From contig MHRF01000013.1 in the NCBI GenBank assembly GCA_001820875.1, positions 73,992-137,991 on the forward strand: 64,000 bases of DNA. The letters are read 5' to 3'. The stretch comes from Candidatus Taylorbacteria bacterium RIFCSPHIGHO2_01_FULL_46_22b. GTDB lineage: Bacteria; Patescibacteriota; Minisyncoccia; Phycocordibacterales; DSPV01. A program made the translations under genes and the position numbers. The notes beneath the pieces were generated by a model. That model searched no databases, had not been told where the DNA came from, and saw only the letters and a program-made list of their open reading frames with translations. Shown here in pieces: positions 26,641 through 35,663 of this stretch; the stretch's first letter is position 1, and each line of letters begins with the position of its first letter.

Positions 26641-27123
26641 TTAGAAAATCACACTCAAAAGAAAGGTGACAAAAAATACAGTCGCCAAAATTGAATTAAT
26701 AACCACACCAACTGCCGCACCCAGCACCCCGAGCGTTGCTGCGCGAAATGCATGTTTATGGTCATTGTGTATCAGAAACTCTGATGCAAGAATCGCCCCG
26801 AACAAGCCAAGTAACCCTCCAAATGGTGGGAGTAACAAAGTTCCGACAAAAGCTCCAATAATCCCAAACAATATAGAGCGAAGGGAAGCTCCCCCGTATT
26901 TTGCGCCTAAAGCTCCAGACAAGAGGTCAACCAAAAAAGAAATAACGTATAAGGAGACCAGAATAAAATAAACAGTGAGAGTAAGGTGCGTGAATTGATC
27001 TACAAATCCAAACAGAGTTGCAACAATAAGCATGTAGAGCATTGCGGGCACACTTGGAATGAGTGCGAGTAATACGCCACAGAGCAACAAGCAGGAAAAG
27101 ACTACTATAAGAAGAATCTCCAT
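26641..27123 (-). CDS. Small polytopic membrane protein (DUF456-like)
   Basis: 160 aa, four hydrophobic segments, Gly-rich GALGAKYGGAS and PPFGGLLGLFGA. Confidence 0.5.
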   Translation of the reverse strand: MEILLIVVFSCLLLCGVLLALIPSVPAMLYMLIVATLFGFVDQFTHLTLTVYFILVSLYVISFLVDLLSGALGAKYGGASLRSILFGIIGAFVGTLLLPPFGGLLGLFGAILASEFLIHNDHKHAFRAATLGVLGAAVGVVINSILATVFFVTFLLSVIF

Positions 27124-27321
27124 GTGTGTATGGTCTCAAAGAAATACACGTAAAGCAACCGGCTGATATGTAATAGTATCTTGCAGGAACACACAGAAGG
27201 CTGTAGGATAAAAGCCGGTCTGGTCTTGGGGTTGGGAACAATTCTTGGTCATCTGGCTTAGGGGTTGGCAGTGGAGATGGTCCAAGATAGACGCGGAGTT
27301 CGCTCTTCGCGCGCGGCGGGT

Positions 27322-27379
27322 GGGCGGCTCGATTTGACGCTTTGTTTCTTTGGGGCGTCAGACGAGCCGCCCTTTTTTA
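27322..27379 (+). terminator. Orphan terminator-like hairpin (GGGCGGCTCG...CGAGCCGCCC + T7)
   Basis: 10-bp GC stem with a ~31-nt loop followed by TTTTTTATTT. There is no plus-strand CDS upstream. Confidence 0.3.
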
Positions 27380-27446
27380 TTTGAAAATATTGACAAATCC
27401 TAGAAATCTGGTAATACGTATAGCAGACCTTACGGAACAACCTTTT

Positions 27447-28322
27447 ATGAAAACATCCCTGAACCTCGTCGTAGCCGCACTTCTCGCGGTTTTCATCAAC
27501 ATACCCTCGCCTGCTTCGGCCGGCGGCGGGAAGTACCAACTCGTCCTTACCCCAGCAAACCCGTGGGTGGGGCAGTCCTGTTCCCTCTTCATTGATACCC
27601 CAACGGGGATCTCAACGTGGGGCGACTGGATCGCTCTCTACCCCATCGGCAAACCACTCCAGTCGCAAACCGTCTACAACTTGTTGGGGCACAGAGACTG
27701 GACCATTGGTACCACATTCCATACCGCGGGTGACTGGGTTCTCCAATACATGGGAGGCGATGGCGTCGGCTTGTCTGAACCCATTATCTTCACTGTCAGG
27801 TGGCCTGATAGGTCAATCTATCAGGTCTCGGTCAGCACCAACCGAGTTGTGGTGGGTACGCAAGTCCGATTCGCGTGGAAGCTACTGCAAACGAACTTCA
27901 GCCGCACAGGCGACACCGTCGGCTACTACAGTCACGCCGATCCCAATCGCGTCCTGACAGATGTCATTACGCGGGCGAACACCGAGGGGAGCTACTACTT
28001 CCCCATGTCTCGACCAGGGACGTACCACTTCGGGTACTTCATTGGCGGAACTGCTGATAGAATTGCCGGCGAACCAATTGTGGTCACCGTCTTACCAATA
28101 CCGGTTCAACCCGCACTCGCCAAAACAGGTTCCACCACCACCATCGGGTGGTTTGGTCTATCGGGAGCAACTTACACGTTGCTCTCGACCACGAACCTGA
28201 ACACACCACTTGGTGGTTGGGAAAACATCGCCGTGCGGGATGGAGCGGGCGGGAATCAAACCGTCTCACTCCCTTCGCACGATCAACAGCGGTTCTACAC
28301 CGTGGTTGAGTCGTGGCCATAA
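27447..28322 (+). CDS. Secreted hypothetical protein
   Basis: Signal peptide MKTSLNLVVAALLAVFINIPSPASA. A TTGACA/TAATAC promoter-like pair lies at 27390..27417. The ORF-track start at 27342 falls inside the upstream hairpin. Confidence 0.55.
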   Translation: MKTSLNLVVAALLAVFINIPSPASAGGGKYQLVLTPANPWVGQSCSLFIDTPTGISTWGDWIALYPIGKPLQSQTVYNLLGHRDWTIGTTFHTAGDWVLQYMGGDGVGLSEPIIFTVRWPDRSIYQVSVSTNRVVVGTQVRFAWKLLQTNFSRTGDTVGYYSHADPNRVLTDVITRANTEGSYYFPMSRPGTYHFGYFIGGTADRIAGEPIVVTVLPIPVQPALAKTGSTTTIGWFGLSGATYTLLSTTNLNTPLGGWENIAVRDGAGGNQTVSLPSHDQQRFYTVVESWP

Positions 28323-28328
28323 CCACGA

Positions 28329-28931
28329 TCAGTTCTTCTTCAGTCGCCCAGGCTTTTGCTTGGGCGCCTTCTTTTTTACAGAATTTACTCTGTGCGATAA
28401 GAGACGCGGGTGGGTGCGCAAATGCCCTCGGGCGCGAGATAAAACTAATTTCACTGCATTAAGCGACTTGCCTGAAATCTTTGCAATTTCAGCAAAGGAA
28501 AGCTGGAGTCGATAATGCATCAATACAATCTCACGTTCATGTGGTGCCAAATCTGATACCGCTTTCCATAAACTTTCAAAATCCGAACGCTGTTCAGCTT
28601 CAATTTGGGTATCGTCAGGGATAAGTTCAGCAAATTCGATTGAAAGAGACGGGGCACGACGATATTGGTTCACCAATATATTGTGGGCAATGGTCAGCAG
28701 GTATGTAAGGTACAAGTGCCCGCGCGAAACATATGACGAAAGATGCGTCAGTGCGCGATAAAAAGTCTCTTGCATAAGTTCATCCGCTAAATCGCTGTTG
28801 CGATTTGTTTTGTACCAAAAATAATCAAAAACTTTTCGGGCATATTTTTTAAATAAAAGAGAGAATGCCGCCCTATCTTCCTTAGCGGCGCGCACAAGTT
28901 CCGCATCAGTTTTTGCCGCACGTGCAATCAT
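28329..28931 (-). CDS. RNA polymerase ECF-type sigma factor (sigma-70 regions 2 and 4) with a basic C-terminal tail
   Basis: ...FYRALTHLSSY..., then region 4 HEREIVLMHYRLQLSFAEIAKISGKSLNAVKLVLSRARGHLR. Confidence 0.75.
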   Translation of the reverse strand: MIARAAKTDAELVRAAKEDRAAFSLLFKKYARKVFDYFWYKTNRNSDLADELMQETFYRALTHLSSYVSRGHLYLTYLLTIAHNILVNQYRRAPSLSIEFAELIPDDTQIEAEQRSDFESLWKAVSDLAPHEREIVLMHYRLQLSFAEIAKISGKSLNAVKLVLSRARGHLRTHPRLLSHRVNSVKKKAPKQKPGRLKKN

Positions 28932-29380
28932 TATCGCGAAGAAAAATTGTTGCGGCGGCGCGCAGACTTCGTATGTGCAACTGCCACATGTTTTTTATAG
29001 CGAAACACCGATGACGTCCGATAGGCAGGCTGGCCGCGACTGTTCCCTACTTTTGCATAATTCTTCATAGACTCATTCTCGCACACAACAGTTCTATATG
29101 CACCGAGAACACAAAAGCCCCCGTACGGGGGCTTTTGTTCTCAATTACTCTGTAGCTTCACCTTCTTCCTCTCCTTCTGGTTTCGTCTCTTCGTCCATGT
29201 TCGTGATTACTTTTGTTTGTGCACCACTTTCGGTGCCCGCTGGTAAATACGACCAAACAAACCTTTCACACAGAAATGCTAGCACGATACAAACGGGTTT
29301 CCAAGCCCTTAAAAGGAAGACCTTCTAGGCGAACTTAAGGTGTTATCCACAGTTATACCCTGTTTTGGATTACACTCCGC

Positions 29381-30034
29381 TTACTTAGATGTTTTTCCTT
29401 CCTGACGAAAGAGTACGTATGAATACACAAGAGACCAAACTACCGCAAGAACCACGAAAGCTATCACAATGAAAAAAGATTGTGCAGGAAATAAAATTCC
29501 AGAAATTGAGGAGAAAATACCGGCAATAATAAATAGTGCACCTCCAATCCGATGTGTTTCTTTCCACACATAATCAGAGGAAAGCGTCCATGGCGTTCGA
29601 ATACCGAGAAACCAATTCCGCTTCGTCCGCGGAAGAATCGAACCAATAAGGAGAAAGAGGATACCGATTGCGGGAGCAGCAAAACGGCTGAAATTAAATT
29701 GCCATCCTAAATTCCAAACAATTGATAGAAGGTAAAAATATGCGAGAAGCAGTAAGATGGAAAAAACCATCAAATTATATTCTCTTCTAAAATCAGACAC
29801 ATTTTGTTTAAGCGGATCAATCTTGGGCAGAACTTCAAATAAGACTCCGAATACAAGTGCCAGTATCGGAATTAGAAAGAGCCCTATGAATTTCCCACCA
29901 TAACCGTCCACTCCTCCCTGCGCATTCCAATGGATAGCAAGTTGATCAGGCATAAAGGGAAAGAGGTAGATCGCCGTCACCCACAAAACCAAAACGGTGG
30001 CCGCGACAAGTATATAAAAGAGTTTTGATGACAT
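29381..30034 (-). CDS. SdpI/YhfL-family membrane protein with an N-terminal DUF1648-like segment
   Basis: ...LAIHWNAQGGVDGYGGK... motif followed by multiple TM helices. Confidence 0.55.
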   Translation of the reverse strand: MSSKLFYILVAATVLVLWVTAIYLFPFMPDQLAIHWNAQGGVDGYGGKFIGLFLIPILALVFGVLFEVLPKIDPLKQNVSDFRREYNLMVFSILLLLAYFYLLSIVWNLGWQFNFSRFAAPAIGILFLLIGSILPRTKRNWFLGIRTPWTLSSDYVWKETHRIGGALFIIAGIFSSISGILFPAQSFFIVIAFVVLAVVWSLVYSYVLFRQEGKTSK

Positions 30035-30075
30035 ACAAAAATTATATCACAAACTATATCCGCTTGCGGGCAGAT

Positions 30076-31164
30076 TTAGCGCCTCTGCAACTTAAGTACC
30101 GGCTGGATTCCCGACTCCTCGACAGAAAATGTGGTCCTACCAATCAAAGCCCCCGTCTCTGTTTCCACATCCACCCGCCACAACCCCTTAGTTAAACTAG
30201 TCCCAACGGAATAGCCACGATACCCCGCATCCCGTCCCCCAGAAATATTGAAAGAAACTTCTTCCATCGATATCCACACATCAGAAATTGGATCAAAACG
30301 AGACCATTGATGCGTAATGCGAGTGGTAATTCCGGAGGGTGCAAAAATGGAGCTAAATGCAACTGCCGAGGGAGATGTCGAAGAAGCTAGATGGAAAGTG
30401 GAATCAATCGTGCGGAAGGTATACCACTTTGCTGGTTCATATGTCAGCACATAAGAGCCTGATGTGTCCCGCGCAACCGAGTGATAAATTCCGATTTCTT
30501 TAAGCGAAAGTGGAAGTGGAGGAATCAAGTTCTGAAAATATAAAAAGTTAAATCCTGCGTATAAAAACAGAACGCTCATCCAAATCCCCACTCGACTTTG
30601 TTCAAATCTTTCTCGCGCAAAAAAACGTGTCAGCCGGCCAACCAGTATGATAATCCCAAGACTCACCAGTCCGCTTATGATGAACGCAACAGTGCCAACC
30701 TGATGCATAAGAATCGGCACCGCAAATGATGTGTACAAAAATACCGCCACAAAAAATGCTGAAAACTGGAGTGTGAGCTTTCCATATCGACTTCTGACTA
30801 ATTCATTGCCAATGATAAACAAAACAATAATAACAATGAACGGCCAGCTGACCGAGAGCGATGCACTTCTAGAATAGAATACAAGCGATCCGCTGAATAC
30901 CGCACCGAAAGAGAATTGCGCCACCACCGGCAACCACTGTGCTACTCGCGCGGCTCCCCGAGAGAAAAGAGATTCACGTTCACGTTCAGTATCAAACGAG
31001 TTATACACCACGAGACAAAACGCCGCGATGCACAGGTAACTGATGAGAATGATATTGTCGAACAACAAATCAACACGACGTAAGGTAAGTTGGTCGATAA
31101 TCGCTCCTGCAAAGAAAGCGCCCGTTTCAAGATGACGCCTGTATTTTTTGATAAAAGATCTCAT
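30076..31164 (-). CDS. Hypothetical polytopic membrane protein with a C-terminal extracytoplasmic beta-rich domain
   Basis: 362 aa. Six predicted TM helices, then a ~150-aa soluble C-terminal region. Confidence 0.5.
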   Translation of the reverse strand: MRSFIKKYRRHLETGAFFAGAIIDQLTLRRVDLLFDNIILISYLCIAAFCLVVYNSFDTERERESLFSRGAARVAQWLPVVAQFSFGAVFSGSLVFYSRSASLSVSWPFIVIIVLFIIGNELVRSRYGKLTLQFSAFFVAVFLYTSFAVPILMHQVGTVAFIISGLVSLGIIILVGRLTRFFARERFEQSRVGIWMSVLFLYAGFNFLYFQNLIPPLPLSLKEIGIYHSVARDTSGSYVLTYEPAKWYTFRTIDSTFHLASSTSPSAVAFSSIFAPSGITTRITHQWSRFDPISDVWISMEEVSFNISGGRDAGYRGYSVGTSLTKGLWRVDVETETGALIGRTTFSVEESGIQPVLKLQRR

Positions 31165-31256
31165 CGTAATAGATAGCAGTATCTTACCAAATAAATCTCA
31201 CCTACCCTCTCGTCCTATCCCCACGGACAAGCTCGCGGGGTATCCTGCGAATCAAT

Positions 31257-32372
31257 CTAGCGTGCATCCACACCGATTGCCTCGCTGATTGAGTTATATG
31301 TATCACGATCAAGTAGACGAACGAGACCTCTGTTTATTTCAGAGACAAGCTGCGGCCCGACAAATACAAGACCTGTAATAAGCTGTATAAGCGATGCGCC
31401 TAGGCGGATTTTCCGGTACGCATCTTCTGCACTAAACACTCCCCCACACCCAATGATAGTTAATCTCCCTTTACTTGCCTTATACGCCCGCGCAATGAGG
31501 TGATCCGAATGTTTCTGCGTTGGAATCCCGCTGAAATTTCCGCGGGGCGCACTATTAATCTCTGCCGGCACAAATGCGGAGTCTTTGCGGTCATGCAACA
31601 AATTGCCAACAATAATCCCCTGCACAGGGAATTCAAGAACCACTGCGATAAGCTGGTCAAATTCAATCTCTGTCCGATCAATGGGCATCTTGATAAACAG
31701 AGGTTTTGAAAGTCGGAGTCCGGTGACAGCCATCAACAGTTCGCGGAAATCCTCCGGCGCGTAAAATGAAATAGATGTGTTGAGATTCGGACAGCTTATA
31801 TTCAATTCGTAATAAGAAAAAGGGGGGTTCGATTGCTCGGCCTTTCTAAATGTCGAAACAATATCAGCGATACCAGTCTCGAGTGTCTTTAAATTCGCCG
31901 TGTTAGTAATTCCAATACTTAAACCCACAGGAAAACGAAATCTCTTATTGGAAAGCCTGCCGAGGACTGCACTAATGCCATCATTTTTAAATCCTTTATT
32001 GACCAAAAGTGACCTTGATTTGACCAACCTGCCGAGACGAGGAGTTGTATTGCCTGCGTACGAAAGATTGGTGATAGTCCCAACAGTCTGGAAACCAAAA
32101 CCAAGCGAAGGGAGCACTTCCATTAGCTCTGCATTGTAATCAAACCCAGCGGCTAAACCAACCGGACTCCGAAAGGAAATGTCTGCAATAGACTCTATGA
32201 GTTGTGGATATTGGGAAACAAAGAGAGACGACATCAGTTTTCTGGTGAGAGAAAAATCTCCAAGCAAAACGCCAAGCCGTACCATAAGACGATGCACTGC
32301 CTCTGAATCAAAGCGAAATAGTATCGGCCGAACTATATACCGGTATAAGAGTGACGAGAAAGTGTTTACCAT
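31257..32372 (-). CDS. pyrD: Dihydroorotate dehydrogenase (quinone-type, class 2-like)
   Basis: ...GLAAGFDYNAELMEVLPSLGFGFQTVGTIT..., ...ELNISCPN..., ...IGCGGVFSAEDAYRKIRLGASLIQLITGL..., matching DHOD family motifs. Confidence 0.8.
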   Translation of the reverse strand: MVNTFSSLLYRYIVRPILFRFDSEAVHRLMVRLGVLLGDFSLTRKLMSSLFVSQYPQLIESIADISFRSPVGLAAGFDYNAELMEVLPSLGFGFQTVGTITNLSYAGNTTPRLGRLVKSRSLLVNKGFKNDGISAVLGRLSNKRFRFPVGLSIGITNTANLKTLETGIADIVSTFRKAEQSNPPFSYYELNISCPNLNTSISFYAPEDFRELLMAVTGLRLSKPLFIKMPIDRTEIEFDQLIAVVLEFPVQGIIVGNLLHDRKDSAFVPAEINSAPRGNFSGIPTQKHSDHLIARAYKASKGRLTIIGCGGVFSAEDAYRKIRLGASLIQLITGLVFVGPQLVSEINRGLVRLLDRDTYNSISEAIGVDAR

Positions 32373-32582
32373 TCTCTTAGGTTACCGCCAATACAACAAA
32401 AAGCCAACAAAACCGAAGGAAAATTGACAAGGAGGTGAAAGTCTTGTCCTATATTGACAAGTTTTTGGGGGTATGTTAGTATCTTCTCTTGTCTGGGGAG
32501 AGTGGCTCTGAAGTTCAGAGACCAACGTCAAACCAGCGTTCCTACAACTACAACCAAACAGAGGCACAACACAGCATACCGT

Positions 32583-33128
32583 ATGAAACGAAACACACTG
32601 ATCGCCATTGTCAGCACCGGCATATTGATGACTACCCTCGCCTTCGCCGGCGACGCTCCGACGACTGCACCGGCCACGACGGGCGCGAAGATTGAGACTC
32701 CGAAGCCTACGCCGCCCGCGAATCTCCAGATCGCCGCGACCCACTTGGACCTGCAGATTAGTCCCGAGATCGCCTTGCGCATCATGGACGTCGAGAAAAC
32801 GACCGCCGCTGGCGTCACGGACAAAACGGCCATGAAAGGCAGCGCGGTGTACGTCTTCGCCCATCAACTCCGGCGCGTCAGCATTGAAAACGGTCAGCAT
32901 TATACGCTCCATTATTCGACCGCTTCCAAGCCTGCGACGGCCATGATTGACCTGGCGAAACTCAACGTGAAGGACGCCAACGGCGCCGAGAAGCTTGTCG
33001 CGATCACTACGACCGGCACCATTACCATCGCCGACATGAGTGAGCGCACGAAGATGACCACGGCATCCACGGCGACTTCGCCGGCGAACCAGCAATTGGC
33101 GGCGGCACCGAAGACGGCCACCCCATAG
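32583..33128 (+). CDS. Secreted Ala/Thr/Pro-rich hypothetical protein (GC-rich gene)
   Basis: Signal peptide MKRNTLIAIVSTGILMTTLAFA. The sequence is clearly GC-richer than its neighbours. The antisense ORF 32382..33095 is a shadow. Confidence 0.55.
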   Translation: MKRNTLIAIVSTGILMTTLAFAGDAPTTAPATTGAKIETPKPTPPANLQIAATHLDLQISPEIALRIMDVEKTTAAGVTDKTAMKGSAVYVFAHQLRRVSIENGQHYTLHYSTASKPATAMIDLAKLNVKDANGAEKLVAITTTGTITIADMSERTKMTTASTATSPANQQLAAAPKTATP

Positions 33129-33146
33129 TCCCTCTGTCCTGCCCCT

Positions 33147-33186
33147 GCGGCGCTTCCTCTGGAAGCGCCGCTCTCTTTTTTATAAT
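33147..33186. terminator. Bidirectional terminator hairpin
   Basis: GCGGCGCTTCC-TCTG-GAAGCGCCGC followed by CTCTTTTTT, between convergent genes. Confidence 0.55.
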
Positions 33187-33199
33187 CTTACTCTACCAC

Positions 33200-33760
33200 T
33201 CACCTATTTATAAGACTCTCTGCAAATTCAATTAAATGAGTCCCTACCAATACTGCGTCTGCTGACTGATCAATATCAGCAACTGTTTGTATATTGCTTG
33301 CCTGACAAAGCCATTCAGAAAATTCCGCACGCGCATCTTTGAATGATTCTTTTTTAAGTCCGCCCGAAGCAAGATCGCGCGAGTTCCAAACAGCGCGCTG
33401 TGATAGCGGGATTGACTTGAGTTCAGCAAGCGAAAGAGGTTCAATCAAACATTTTGATGTGTAGACGCTTGGCATCCGTCCCACTACCAAAACAAAGTCC
33501 GCACCGCACTCAATTGCACGGCGTATATCAGAATCTTCTTTATGTATCCCCTTTGCTAAAATCGGCTTCTGGGTCAAACCTCGCGCTTTCTCAAGTAATT
33601 CAAAAGACCCTCCCCAACGCGGATCCGTGTGGATTGAAATCATATCTCCTATTTCTTCGGCAACTCTAAAGAGATCTTCCCAAGATCTGTCAGATATAAA
33701 TCCAAACGGAGACACTGTTTTTACTTCAGCAATAATATCTATAGGATGCTGCTTCATCAA
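33200..33760 (-). CDS. Indole-3-glycerol-phosphate synthase-like (TrpC family) short TIM-barrel protein
   Basis: IIAEVKTVSPFGFI, ISIHTDPRWGGSFELL, PILAKGIH, GADFVLVV align with IGPS motifs (IAEFKrkSPSkG, LSVLTDekyFqGSfe, PvLrKDF, GADAILLI). At 186 aa it is shorter than the canonical ~255 aa. Confidence 0.5.
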   Translation of the reverse strand: MMKQHPIDIIAEVKTVSPFGFISDRSWEDLFRVAEEIGDMISIHTDPRWGGSFELLEKARGLTQKPILAKGIHKEDSDIRRAIECGADFVLVVGRMPSVYTSKCLIEPLSLAELKSIPLSQRAVWNSRDLASGGLKKESFKDARAEFSEWLCQASNIQTVADIDQSADAVLVGTHLIEFAESLINR

Positions 33761-33798
33761 AAGAAGTATACCAAGGACGCCCTCTTTCTGTTTATAGG

Positions 33799-34518
33799 TT
33801 ACATTCCCGCCAATTGAATGATTACATACAGCGTACCGATGCCAACGACAGTCATAAATGTTGTCCAGCGTACAGGGTGCTCATGATGGCTTTCAGGCAA
33901 CAGATCACTTGCACCGATATAGAGAAAAGAACCTGCAAACAGAGCCAGCACGATACCCAAAGTCATTTCCGATACACTGAAAAATAATGTCGAGAGAATA
34001 CCCAAGAGAGGAGCGCAGGCGTCTACCAAAAGCCAGCGAAATGCTTGTTTCGCTCCACCCCCATTTTTGAGAATAAAATTTACCGTGTTGATCCCATCAG
34101 AAAAATTATGTGCCAAAACAGCAACGGCGACCACCGCTCCAAGTGTCGTTGAAATTTGAAAGGCAAAACCAACACCAATACCATCTAAAAAACTGTGCAG
34201 GGACAAACTCAACGCACCAAAAACCCCTCTGCGCGGTCGAGTAGTTGCCTCATCGTGAGAGTGATCATGCAACAAAACTATCCGATCAATTAACATATAC
34301 GCGACAAAGCCTATGGCAATCAAAGAACTCACCGCCGAGATTGAAAAATATGAAGTGCCAATCTCCATCGCCTCCGGTATCAGATCAAAAAACGCAACGC
34401 CAATCACTGCACCGGCGCTAAATCCTAGTATCAAATGCAAACGATCTTTGAGCCGAAGCGCAAACAATCCGCCTAATATCGTAGTACAAAATGTCGCCAG
34501 TGCAATGAGATACAGCAT
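33799..34518 (-). CDS. zupT: ZIP-family zinc/iron permease
   Basis: Eight TM helices with the LAHNFSDG signature and a His-rich loop (HDHSHDE). Confidence 0.75.
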   Translation of the reverse strand: MLYLIALATFCTTILGGLFALRLKDRLHLILGFSAGAVIGVAFFDLIPEAMEIGTSYFSISAVSSLIAIGFVAYMLIDRIVLLHDHSHDEATTRPRRGVFGALSLSLHSFLDGIGVGFAFQISTTLGAVVAVAVLAHNFSDGINTVNFILKNGGGAKQAFRWLLVDACAPLLGILSTLFFSVSEMTLGIVLALFAGSFLYIGASDLLPESHHEHPVRWTTFMTVVGIGTLYVIIQLAGM

Positions 34519-34524
34519 AAAAAA

Positions 34525-34956
34525 TTATTTTGTTACACATTGTTTACAACGGCCAAAATACTCCAAAGAGTGTGAATTGATTTCTTTGAAAAACTTCGTG
34601 TGACGCGCAAGCGTCCGCTCAAGGTTCTGCACATGACAATCAGCGATGTCTTCAATCTTTCCGCACTCGCGACAAATCACATGATGGTGATGCCAATCAC
34701 TTTCTACCAGTTCATAGTGGGTATGTGCATGTCCAAGATCAACTCTCCGCACCAGACCTGTATGGGTAAATGCTTCAAGTGCACGGTACAGCGTTGCTTG
34801 GTCAAGTTTTCCTTTCACCAGCTTCAACAATTGAATGATGCTCAATGGTCTTCCTGCTTCTTTCAACACAGACAAAAGCAACGTGCGCCCTTGGGTCGCC
34901 TTGAACTTCTTGTCGCGCAGGAGTTTTACACAAGCATTTTCATCTTTTCGCTTCAT
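34525..34956 (-). CDS. zur: Fur-family metalloregulator (Zur-like)
   Basis: Winged-helix N-terminus, HHHVICRECG...C..QC metal sites. Adjacent to the ZIP transporter. Confidence 0.75.
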   Translation of the reverse strand: MKRKDENACVKLLRDKKFKATQGRTLLLSVLKEAGRPLSIIQLLKLVKGKLDQATLYRALEAFTHTGLVRRVDLGHAHTHYELVESDWHHHHVICRECGKIEDIADCHVQNLERTLARHTKFFKEINSHSLEYFGRCKQCVTK

Positions 34957-35001
34957 GTATCTAGTATTACATAAACGCGAAACTTATGCAATTAGGGTTA
35001 T

Positions 35002-35027
35002 GAGACTCGCTAGAGTCTAAACTCTAG
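35002..35027. promoter_or_regulatory. Nested inverted repeats (AGACTC-gcta-GAGTCT and CTAGAG-tctaaa-CTCTAG); candidate Fur/Zur-type operator
   Basis: Palindromes in the divergent intergenic region between zur and the plus-strand ORF at 35092. Confidence 0.3.
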
Positions 35028-35091
35028 ACATTTCCATGCAGCTATCGTATAGTCTCAAACGGAGGAATATCCTCTAGAAAGGAGGTGTGGT

Positions 35092-35619
35092 ATGCACTTT
35101 GCATCAGGACATACCCGCACAGTTCTCTTGATAGGAGGGGTGGCAATCAAGTTTGCCAGTCTCTTCCAACCGCGTTACTGGTTACATGGACTGAAACGTC
35201 TCCGTCTTTTTGCACAACGAAGAGAAGTCGGGGGCAGACTTCGACACTATCACCCCAACCCGTTAGCGGGAGGAATTCTCTATTATTTCTGGGGAATGCG
35301 TTCCAATCTACTTGAACGAGATATCTGGAGGGACTGTCAACATTTGCCACTTGCCCCAACATACGTCAGTTTCTGGGGATTGGTGAATATCCAACGACGA
35401 GGAACACCTATTCAAACCCACGAACTGGCGCTGTGCCCCTTCCGTGATCTCGCACAAGAACATCCCAACTGGAGTGATTTGCATAAGCCGGAACACTTCT
35501 GTTGGATCGGAGACCGAATTTGTCTGATTGACTGTGGTGGACCGGAACTAGGTGAGGCGCTTCGTGCCTATCGAAAAATACCTGTTGCGACAGGGAGGTT
35601 GCGAACTCAAACAACGTAA
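35092..35619 (+). CDS. Hypothetical protein
   Basis: 175-aa ORF preceded by the RBS AGGAGGTG. No recognisable motif. Confidence 0.45.
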   Translation: MHFASGHTRTVLLIGGVAIKFASLFQPRYWLHGLKRLRLFAQRREVGGRLRHYHPNPLAGGILYYFWGMRSNLLERDIWRDCQHLPLAPTYVSFWGLVNIQRRGTPIQTHELALCPFRDLAQEHPNWSDLHKPEHFCWIGDRICLIDCGGPELGEALRAYRKIPVATGRLRTQTT

Positions 35620-35625
35620 ACTCTA

Positions 35626-35662
35626 GCCCGACCTCCACAACGTGGTGGTCGGGTGTTACTTT
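35626..35662 (+). terminator. Rho-independent terminator
   Basis: CCCGACC...GGTCGGG followed by a T-run. Confidence 0.5.
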
Positions 35663-35663
35663 T

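Noticed and set aside
27124-27380. RNase P RNA, tmRNA or SRP RNA in the orphan-terminator gap
   Set aside because: Hallmark motifs (GGAAAGUCCGG..., tmRNA tRNA-like 3' end, SRP GGAA tetraloop helix) were not found by eye.
32382-33095. 237-aa minus-strand Arg/Gly-rich ORF
   Set aside because: It is an antisense shadow of the GC-rich secreted-protein gene. It has no start context or motif.
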